IMG/VR virus record: IMGVR_UViG_3300037479_000329
Location: 1-30,637 of that record
Strand: one strand, 5' to 3'
Length of the DNA stretch: 30,637 bases
Origin: a virus
Lineage: Duplodnaviria > Caudoviricetes
Position numbers and translations under genes: made by a program. Position 1 is the first letter of the stretch; each line of letters opens with the position of its first letter. Below, in pieces: positions 1 through 6,895 of the stretch. Under the pieces are notes generated by a model. That model made no database searches. It had not been told where the DNA came from and worked only from the letters and a program-made list of their open reading frames with translations.

Positions 1-101
1 GGATGGGTGGCCCGGTCCCCGGCCCGGCTCCACCGCCGCTTCCCGGGACGCCATCCCTGCTCGACGAGCAGAGGCCGGCCAAGACGGTCCTCGGCGGATG
101 A
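1..101 (+). CDS. 3' end of small Pro-rich phage protein (probably partial) preceding the portal
   Basis: Frame from base 3 reads MGGPVPGPAPPPLPGTPSLLDEQRPAKTVLGG-stop (TGA 99-101), overlapping the next ATG as ATGA. A KTxLG C-terminus is typical of the small pre-portal gene in this phage type. Not in the ORF track. Confidence 0.6.
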   Translation, partial: MGGPVPGPAPPPLPGTPSLLDEQRPAKTVLGG

Positions 102-502
102 CGGCGTTCCTGCACGATCGAGCCATCCATGTCCTGCTGGAGACATGGCGGTGGGGATGGGACGTGCGATCCGTTCGCGGAGCCCATCCGGCACGGCTGC
201 TCCTGACGGCTCTCGGCTACCAGGCCGTGGTGACGCCATGGCGCGTCGTCTACGTCCTGGCGGAGCGCGAGGATGATGCCTCGCTGCTCCTTCACGAGCT
301 GTGCCATGTCGCGCAGATCAGGCGGGACGGACGCTGGTTGTTCTTCTGCCGCTGCACGGCCTGCTTCTGCCTCTACGGGCACAGCCGGTCCCCGATCGAG
401 ATCGAGGCCCGCGCGGCAGCCGCCCGGATCGAGGCGCTGTCCGGCATCCGGTTCATCCGGGCTCTGCATGCCATGATGCGAGAGGCCGCCGATGGCCATT
501 GA
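98..502 (+). CDS. Small HExxH zinc-metallopeptidase-like protein (DUF4157-like)
   Basis: LLLHELCHVAQ motif followed by YG..SPIEIEA (third-ligand Glu). ATGA-coupled to the upstream gene and overlapping the portal start. Confidence 0.7.
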   Translation: MTAFLHDRAIHVLLETWRWGWDVRSVRGAHPARLLLTALGYQAVVTPWRVVYVLAEREDDASLLLHELCHVAQIRRDGRWLFFCRCTACFCLYGHSRSPIEIEARAAAARIEALSGIRFIRALHAMMREAADGH

Positions 503-2288
503 CATCCACGAGGTGCTGGAGCGGTTCCGCCGGCTGAAGACGGACAGGGCTCCATGGGACGCCCATTGGGAGGAGGTGGCGGCCTACTGCGCCCCGCGCC
601 GTCTCGGCGCGATCGGCCCGCATCCGCAGGGAGCCAAGCGGATGGCGCGAATCTACAATCCGATCGGGCTCGTCTGCGTGCAGACGGCGGCCTCCTCGAT
701 TCATGGCATGGTCATGAATCCGGCGCATCTGTGGCTGGAGCTGCGCCTGATCGACGAGGCCGCGAACGAGAGCCAGGCAGCTCGCGCGTGGCTCGATGAT
801 GTCGGCAAGCTGCTGCTGGGCTATCTCCAGGCTCCGGCGGCGGCGTTCCATACGCACGCCTACCAGGCTCTGGAGGATGCGGTCTCGCTCGGCACCGCTG
901 TGCTGTACTTCGGGCTGCAGAATACCGGCGCCATCTATGTCCGCTGCTATCCGATCTGGACCTGCGTCATCGCCGAGAGCCGGTATGGCGTCGTCGATAC
1001 CGTGATGCGCGAGAGCGAAATGACGGTGCGCCAGGTGGTGTCTACCTGGGGGCCGGACGGTGTCTCCCCGAGGACGCGGGAAAAATGGGATCGGAGCAAG
1101 TACGACGACCAGGTCAAGGTGCTGCATTCGGTCCGTCCGCGCACGACGCTCGATCCCGGCCGGTCCGACCGGATGAACATGCCGTTCGAGACCTGCTACA
1201 TCGAATGCGAGGCCGAGCATCTTCTGGAGGAGGGTGGCGTCGAGGAGATGCCCTACGTGGTTCCTCGCCTGGCCGTCTCCACCGGGGAGGTCTATGGGCG
1301 CGGTCCGGGCATGACCGCGCTGCCGGCCATCAAGGTGGCGAACGAGGCGCAGCGGCTCCTCCTGCATGCATCGGAGAAGGCCGTCGATCCGCCGCTGCAG
1401 GTGCCGCACGAGGGGCTGGTCTCTCCCGTGCGCGCCGCTCCGGGAGGCCTGACCTTCCTGCGCGCGCGCCAGGAGATTCAGCAGCTTCCGACCAGCCCGT
1501 CCCTGCCTTACGCCGCCGAGTGGCTGGAAGCCCTCAATAACGAGATACGGACGATCTTCGCCGTCGATCAGCTCCAGTTCACGGCCGATTTCAGGATGAC
1601 CGCGACGGAGGTCATGCTGCGCCAGTCGGAGAAGATGCGCCTTCTCGCTCCGGTGCTCGGGCGCCTGGAGAACGAGAAGCTCAACCCGATGGTGACGCGC
1701 GTGTTCGGCCTGCTGGCGCGCACCGGGCGTATCCCGCCAGCGCCGCCGGAGATCGAGGGCATGGAGATGCGGGTGCAATACTCCTCGCCGCTCGCGCGCG
1801 CGCAGAAGCAGCAGCTTGCGCAGGGATTCATCCAGGCGATGACGATCCTGGAGCCGCTTGCCAACATCGATCCGGCCGCCGTGCTCGGCCCGATCGATTT
1901 CCGTCGATTGACGGCGACAATCCTGAATTGGTACGGAGTCGACCCGGATGTTCTCAAGTCGCCGGAGATGCTGGAGCAGGAGGCGCGGCAGCAGCAGATG
2001 ATGCAGCTTCTGCAGATGCTGCCGCAGCTCGGGCAGGCTGCAGCCGGGGGCGGCCAGGGCGTGGCATCGCTGGCCGGCGCCGGCCTCGACTTTGCGCAGA
2101 TGGCCCAGATCATGGCGCAGATGCAGGGGCAGGCCCAGCCGGCTCCACCACTCCCTCGGCAGCGGCCGGGAGTCAATGCGGCATCGCTCGCGGGGTCGCT
2201 CGCGCGCGGCGCGGCACGCGGCCTGGCCGGAGCATCCGGCGGGCCGGCCGATCTGGTGCGGGCCTTGCAGGGACGACAGCCCTATTGA
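492..2288 (+). CDS. Portal (head-to-tail connector) protein, T7/BPP-1-like
   Basis: 598 aa with motifs WEEVAAY, GEVYGRGPGMTALP, DPPL, MTATEV, LAPVLGRLENE, YSSPLARAQ. GAGG SD upstream. Q/G/A-rich tail. Confidence 0.95.
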   Translation: MAIDIHEVLERFRRLKTDRAPWDAHWEEVAAYCAPRRLGAIGPHPQGAKRMARIYNPIGLVCVQTAASSIHGMVMNPAHLWLELRLIDEAANESQAARAWLDDVGKLLLGYLQAPAAAFHTHAYQALEDAVSLGTAVLYFGLQNTGAIYVRCYPIWTCVIAESRYGVVDTVMRESEMTVRQVVSTWGPDGVSPRTREKWDRSKYDDQVKVLHSVRPRTTLDPGRSDRMNMPFETCYIECEAEHLLEEGGVEEMPYVVPRLAVSTGEVYGRGPGMTALPAIKVANEAQRLLLHASEKAVDPPLQVPHEGLVSPVRAAPGGLTFLRARQEIQQLPTSPSLPYAAEWLEALNNEIRTIFAVDQLQFTADFRMTATEVMLRQSEKMRLLAPVLGRLENEKLNPMVTRVFGLLARTGRIPPAPPEIEGMEMRVQYSSPLARAQKQQLAQGFIQAMTILEPLANIDPAAVLGPIDFRRLTATILNWYGVDPDVLKSPEMLEQEARQQQMMQLLQMLPQLGQAAAGGGQGVASLAGAGLDFAQMAQIMAQMQGQAQPAPPLPRQRPGVNAASLAGSLARGAARGLAGASGGPADLVRALQGRQPY

Positions 2289-2295
2289 GAGATCG

Positions 2296-2559
2296 ATGCC
2301 GAAGCCGACCAGAAAGCAGATGTCCATCCATTATCGCGACACGTTCTCGTCCGAGTCCGGTCGGCTCGTGCTCGCCGACCTGATCGCCAATAATTTTCTG
2401 CTGGCCGGGCTTCCTCCGGAAGATCGGGCCTTCTGCGACGGGCGCCGGAACGTGGTGCTCGATATCCTGGAGATGCTCAGCTACAGGCCCGAGCAGGTCC
2501 GAAGCCTGATCGAGGAGATCGAGGGCCGGCTCGGGCTCAACGACGAGGTGAATGGATGA
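2296..2559 (+). CDS. Small conserved head-region protein (Bbp19-like)
   Basis: Y..TFSSESGRLVLADL and AFCDGRRNVVLDI motifs, located between portal and scaffold. Start taken at ATG 2296. Confidence 0.8.
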   Translation: MPKPTRKQMSIHYRDTFSSESGRLVLADLIANNFLLAGLPPEDRAFCDGRRNVVLDILEMLSYRPEQVRSLIEEIEGRLGLNDEVNG

Positions 2560-3437
2560 CCATGACGATGACGAGCGCACCGGAGGGTGGCTCCGCTTCT
2601 CCTGCTTCTCCTGCTTCTCCTGCTGCTCCTGCCGCCGCATCATCCGCCGGCAACGGCGCCGCCGCGCCGGACGGCGGCTGGCGCGCCCAGCTTCCGGAGG
2701 ACATCAGGGATCATCCGTCGCTGACCCGCTATTCCGACTGGGAGGGGCTTGCGCGCGGCTATCTCAATGCCGAGCAGCTCATCGGGCGCGACAAGGTTCC
2801 CATCCCGCGTGACGACAGCGACGAGGAGGCCTGGGACCGCTGGTATGCGGCCGCCGGGCGTCCGGAGGCTCCGGACAGGTACGATCTGCAAAAACCCGAG
2901 ACGCTGCCGGAAGGCGTCACCTATGACGAGCAGATGGAGGCATGGTGGCGGCAGACGGCCCATGGCGCCGGCCTGTCCTCGCGGCAGTTCACCAGGCTGT
3001 TCGAGGCCTATCGCGATCGCGTGATTGCGGGAGCTGAGGCCGCCAGGGCGGCGGCAGAAGCCGAGGTGACGGCCGGCCATGTCGCTCTTCGGCGCGACTG
3101 GGGGGAAGCTTACGATCTGCAGCGCCAGCTTGCCCGCGCCGAGTTCAAGTCCATGCCCGAGGAGGTGCAGCAGCTTGCCCTGCAGAGCGGCCTTGCCCGC
3201 AAGCCGGCGTTCGTCAAATGGCTCGCCGGCAATCGCGAGCGCGTGACCGGCGAGCTGCAGACGCAGGCCGTCGACAACGGGCTGAAGGGCGCAACCCCGC
3301 AGCAGCTTTCCGATCAGATCGCGCAGCACCGGTCGGCCCATGAGAAGGTGCTGATGAATCGCGATCATCCCGAGCACGCGCTGAGGTTGCGCGAGCTGTC
3401 TGCCATGTATGCGCGCCTGTATCCCGAGCCGTCGTGA
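2556..3437 (+). CDS. Capsid assembly scaffolding protein
   Basis: Low-complexity PAS/PAA N-terminus, W..QLPEDIR, GRPEAPDRYDL, LRRDWGEAYD, C-terminal HPEH motif. Position upstream of capsid. Confidence 0.85.
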   Translation: MTMTMTSAPEGGSASPASPASPAAPAAASSAGNGAAAPDGGWRAQLPEDIRDHPSLTRYSDWEGLARGYLNAEQLIGRDKVPIPRDDSDEEAWDRWYAAAGRPEAPDRYDLQKPETLPEGVTYDEQMEAWWRQTAHGAGLSSRQFTRLFEAYRDRVIAGAEAARAAAEAEVTAGHVALRRDWGEAYDLQRQLARAEFKSMPEEVQQLALQSGLARKPAFVKWLAGNRERVTGELQTQAVDNGLKGATPQQLSDQIAQHRSAHEKVLMNRDHPEHALRLRELSAMYARLYPEPS

Positions 3438-4540
3438 TGGTCGACGTCGCCGACGATTTCAACCGGGCGAACGGCACGCTCGGGCCGAATTGGCAGGCAT
3501 CGACCTTTGCGCCGGCAACGCAGCCTGGAAACAATCTCTATGTGTCGCTCTCCGGCAGCGACAGCAACAATGGGTCGATCGGCGCGCCGTTCCGGACCAT
3601 CACGCGGTCCACCCAGGTGGCGACGCCGGGGACGGTCGTGCATGTGGCGCCGGGCGTCTACCAGGAGACCGTCAGCGTCGGGACCAGCGGCACGCCCGGC
3701 CAGCCGATCCGGTACCAGAGCGACGTGCTGCACGGCGCGATTGTCCGCCCGACCTCGTCGGGCGCGATCTGGCAGGTATCGGCCGACTGGATCGAGGTCG
3801 ACGGGTTCGATATCGACGGGTCGCTGAACGGCAACATCCGCGTCGGCATCATGCAGTATGGCGCCAACGACATCATCAGCCGGTGCCTTGTGCATCACAT
3901 CATCCTCAATGGAGCGACGGACAGCAACGGCGGAGCCGCCATTCTCTGTAACGGCGGCTTCTACAACAAGGCGCCCGCGCATGTGGTCGGATGCTACGTG
4001 CATTCCATCGCCACGCCGTCATCGAGCCGCTGCCACGGCATCTATACGCAGCAGCCGGGCGGAAGCGTGCTCAACAACATCGTGCGCGACGTGAACGGGA
4101 TCGGCATCACCGGCTGGCATGATGCCTCCAATATTCTCTATGCCAACAATACGGTCATCAGGACCGTCGGCATCCACGTCGGGGGCGGGGATTTTTATTT
4201 CCTGTCGCTGGCGGTCAACCAGAAGATCGTCAACAACATCGTCCGGGACTGCTCCTGGGGCATCAACCAGAACGGGTTCATCGATCCGACCGGCTGGCTG
4301 GTCGACAGCAACCTGGTGTTCGGCAACGGCATCGATTACGGCAACAACGGGACATTCTTCACGCAGCCGACCAACTCGATCGCCGCCAATCCGAACTTCG
4401 TGAACTATTCCGCCAACGACTTCCATCTGGCCGCCACCTCGCCGGCCATCAACTCCGGAAACGCGACCTATGCCCCCACGACAGATTACGACGGAAATCC
4501 CCGGTCTGCGCCGGATCGCGGCGCCTACGAGTTCATCTGA
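3437..4540 (+). CDS. Right-handed beta-helix (DUF1565/pectate-lyase-like) putative polysaccharide depolymerase with a phage-type N-terminal DDFNRA peptide
   Basis: LYVS..GSDSNNGS..APFRTI...PGTVVHVAPGVY start, Asn-rich parallel beta-helix rungs, C-terminal PNFVN...DFHL...SPAINSG...D.GAYEF. TGATG-coupled to scaffold (GTG at 3434 is an alternative start). No signal peptide. Confidence 0.85.
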   Translation: MVDVADDFNRANGTLGPNWQASTFAPATQPGNNLYVSLSGSDSNNGSIGAPFRTITRSTQVATPGTVVHVAPGVYQETVSVGTSGTPGQPIRYQSDVLHGAIVRPTSSGAIWQVSADWIEVDGFDIDGSLNGNIRVGIMQYGANDIISRCLVHHIILNGATDSNGGAAILCNGGFYNKAPAHVVGCYVHSIATPSSSRCHGIYTQQPGGSVLNNIVRDVNGIGITGWHDASNILYANNTVIRTVGIHVGGGDFYFLSLAVNQKIVNNIVRDCSWGINQNGFIDPTGWLVDSNLVFGNGIDYGNNGTFFTQPTNSIAANPNFVNYSANDFHLAATSPAINSGNATYAPTTDYDGNPRSAPDRGAYEFI

Positions 4541-4565
4541 TCGCGGGCCGCCGACGCCCCGGGAG

Positions 4566-4766
4566 ATGCGGCTGTATTGCCTGCAGTGCGCCGTTGCGGC
4601 CGCCGCCGAGAGCGGCACGTTCCTTGGATCGCGAGCCATCCTGGACATGGCCGGGGCCTTCGAGGCGTGGGTTACGGAGCGCGAGGCCGGCAATGACACC
4701 CATGGGCCGCAAGCCCGCTCGCGGCCCGCCTTCATCGAGCCGCTCCCCCCCATGGGCGGGGCTTGA
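4566..4766 (+). CDS. Small hypothetical phage protein
   Basis: MRLYCLQCAV...ILDMAGAFEAWV resembles small genes found before capsid genes. Start uncertain. Confidence 0.55.
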   Translation: MRLYCLQCAVAAAAESGTFLGSRAILDMAGAFEAWVTEREAGNDTHGPQARSRPAFIEPLPPMGGA

Positions 4767-4791
4767 CAGGAATGCCGATTGGCCATAGCGT
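4763..4791 (+). promoter_or_regulatory. Sigma70-type promoter for the capsid operon
   Basis: TTGACA (4763-4768), 17-nt spacer, TAGCGT (4786-4791, TAnnnT), about 110 nt upstream of the capsid ATG. Confidence 0.65.
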
Positions 4792-4810
4792 GCCGTCATT
4801 CGTTCTGGAT

Positions 4811-4893
4811 CGGCTCCAGGTGACCCTGGGCCGGCACTCCGAGCACACCATTACCCGCGCGAGCCTCATGACTCGCGCCGGTCGGTATCGGAG
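4811..4893 (+). promoter_or_regulatory. Structured 5' leader of capsid mRNA (two hairpins, the second pairing the SD)
   Basis: Hairpin 4811-4833, and a long hairpin CTCCGA(4837-4842)...GCGCGAG/CTCGCGC...TCGGAG(4888-4893) that includes the GGAG SD. Confidence 0.5.
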
Positions 4894-4901
4894 CTGTCGT
4901 C

Positions 4902-5807
4902 ATGTCGTTCCAGATCACCACGGCCTTCGTTCAGCAGTTCAGAGCGAACATCGAGCACGTATCCCAGCAGAAGGGATCGCGGCTCCGCAAGGCCGTCCGC
5001 ATGGAGAGCGTGACCGGCAAGCTGGCTTATTTCGAGCAGCTTGGCACGGTCGGCGCCCGCAAGCGGACCAACCGCCATTCCGATACGCCGCAGATGGATA
5101 CGCCGCATCTCCGCAGGCGCGTCTCCATGATCGACTTCGACTGGGCCGACCTGATCGATCAGGAGGACAAGGTCAGGATGCTGATCGATCCGGCCTCCGA
5201 CTATTCCCAGACCGCTGCCTGGGCCATGGGCCGCGAGATCGACAAGGAGCTGGTGGCGGCCGCCATCGGCACGGCCTGGACCGGCGAGGACGGCTCGACC
5301 TCCGTGGCCTTCGACAGCACCATGATCGTGCCCGATACGGTGACGGATTTGGGCGTCACGGCGGCCGATTCCGGCCTCAACACCGGCAAGGTGCTGGCCG
5401 CCAAGCGACTGCTCGACGAGCGCGAGGTCGATACCGATGGCCGCGTGCTGGTCGTGACGGCACGGCAGCTTGAGAATCTGCTCAACACCACCAAGGCGAC
5501 GAGCGCGGACTTCAACACCATCCGCGCCCTGGTCATGGGCGAGATCAACACGTGGCTCGGGTTCGAGTTCATCCGGGTCGAGTTCCTCCCCGATGGCTCT
5601 GACGCATCGCACGTGGCCTGCCTGTTCTGGCAGAAGCGCGGCATGCTCCTGGCGATGGGCCGGGAGGCGAGCGCGCGCATCACGGAGCGGGCCGACAAGA
5701 ACTATGCGACGCAGGTTTTTTACAGCCAGACCATCGGCGCCACGAGGATGCACGAGAACCACGTCGGCTATATCGACTGCCACAAGACGCTGGGACCGAA
5801 CGGATGA
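4902..5807 (+). CDS. Major capsid protein
   Basis: MSFQITTAFVQQF..N.....QQKGSRLR, RHSDTP..DTPH.RR, WADLIDQED..RMLIDP, AMGR..D, TSADFN..RAL..GEI motifs. GGAG SD. Confidence 0.93.
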   Translation: MSFQITTAFVQQFRANIEHVSQQKGSRLRKAVRMESVTGKLAYFEQLGTVGARKRTNRHSDTPQMDTPHLRRRVSMIDFDWADLIDQEDKVRMLIDPASDYSQTAAWAMGREIDKELVAAAIGTAWTGEDGSTSVAFDSTMIVPDTVTDLGVTAADSGLNTGKVLAAKRLLDEREVDTDGRVLVVTARQLENLLNTTKATSADFNTIRALVMGEINTWLGFEFIRVEFLPDGSDASHVACLFWQKRGMLLAMGREASARITERADKNYATQVFYSQTIGATRMHENHVGYIDCHKTLGPNG

Positions 5808-5878
5808 TCTGTGAAGGCCGGTAATGCGGGCCATGCCGGCCTGCCCTGCCGGCCGATGATCGACAAGGGAATGCCATC

Positions 5879-6394
5879 ATGGCTGTTGTCAACACCAAGT
5901 CCACGCAGGTCACGAACGCTGACGCTGCGATCCAGACGCAGAACAAGGCGAAGCATGCCGAGGGGCGCCTCTACTGCGCATCCGAGACCGTTGCCATCGC
6001 GAGCGGCGATTCGGTCGGCTCGACCTACCGCATGCTGCGTGTCCACTCGTCGTGGTCGCTGAAGAGCATCCGCCTGTTCTTTGACGATATCGGCACCACC
6101 GGGGCCGCCGATGTGGGCCTGTACCAGACGGCCGCCAATGGCGGTGCCGTCGTCGACGCCGACGCCTATGCGTCGGCCGTGGTGATGAATGCGGGCGCCA
6201 ACACGGGCGGCCTGGAGCTGCTCTTCGAGAGCGGCATCAAGGACATCAATGAGGTGAACGAGGAGGTTTGGGAGGATGCCGGCCTTTCGGCCGATCCTGG
6301 GCGCTGGTATGATCTCGTGCTCACGCTCACGGGCGCGGCCGACGGAGCCGGCGACGTGACGATGATCGTCACCTTTACGCGTGGGGGCTCCTGA
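5879..6394 (+). CDS. Capsid-associated (decoration/cement-like) beta protein
   Basis: 171 aa, beta-rich, immediately after the capsid gene, AAGGGA SD. Confidence 0.65.
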   Translation: MAVVNTKSTQVTNADAAIQTQNKAKHAEGRLYCASETVAIASGDSVGSTYRMLRVHSSWSLKSIRLFFDDIGTTGAADVGLYQTAANGGAVVDADAYASAVVMNAGANTGGLELLFESGIKDINEVNEEVWEDAGLSADPGRWYDLVLTLTGAADGAGDVTMIVTFTRGGS

Positions 6395-6804
6395 TGGTTG
6401 CCTTTAACAAGATCAACGATTTCGTGGAGCGGCTCGGGCTTGCCGAGCACAATCTCAACACGGATACGCTGCGGGTATACCTCTCGAACGAGGCACCGCT
6501 TGCATCGGATACGGTCAAGAGCGACATCGCCGAGATTTCTGCCGGCAACGGCTACACGGCCGGCGGGATCGACACGCAGAACGCATGGTCGGAGACCTCT
6601 GGCGTCGCCTCGATGACCGGTGTCGATGCGGTCTGGACCGCGTCCGGAGGCTCGATCGGGCCATTCCGTTATGTCGTCTTTTATAACGACACGCATGCGT
6701 CCGACCGCCTCATTGGCTGGTGGGACTACGGATCGTCCATTACCCTCAACGCTGGCGACAGCTTCACGGTCGACTTCGCCGCGACGATCATGACGCTGCA
6801 ATAG
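6394..6804 (+). CDS. Small beta-rich virion structural protein (136 aa)
   Basis: FNKINDF...HNLNTDT, EISAGNGYTAGG, WTASGGSIGPFRYVV.YNDT, LIGWWDYGSSITL..GDSFTVDF is a recognisable phage structural family. TGATG-coupled. Confidence 0.8.
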   Translation: MVAFNKINDFVERLGLAEHNLNTDTLRVYLSNEAPLASDTVKSDIAEISAGNGYTAGGIDTQNAWSETSGVASMTGVDAVWTASGGSIGPFRYVVFYNDTHASDRLIGWWDYGSSITLNAGDSFTVDFAATIMTLQ

Positions 6805-6857
6805 CCCTTCCCTCACCGTGCGGGTTAGAGAGCCTTTCCTTTCCTCCCCGGCAGACT

Positions 6858-6882
6858 GACCCCCTTCGGGGGGTCTTTTTTT
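6858..6882 (+). terminator. Rho-independent terminator ending the capsid operon
   Basis: Perfect stem GACCCCC / GGGGGTC with a TTCG tetraloop, followed by T7. Confidence 0.93.
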
Positions 6883-6895
6883 GGACGCGCATACG

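Noticed and set aside
453-2327. 624-aa antisense ORF, and similar long antisense ORFs over capsid, nozzle and ejection genes
   Set aside because: Shadow ORFs expected from high-GC codon bias opposite clear genes; no motifs or SD.
3514-3537. QPGNNL shared between the beta-helix protein and the tail fibre (about 20895-20912)
   Set aside because: Only six residues. In the tail fibre it belongs to the common NNLSDL motif; probably coincidence.
5816-5845. Hairpin AGGCCGG...CCGGCCT after the capsid stop as a terminator or frameshift signal
   Set aside because: No U-tract and no slippery heptamer at the capsid gene end; at most an mRNA stability element.
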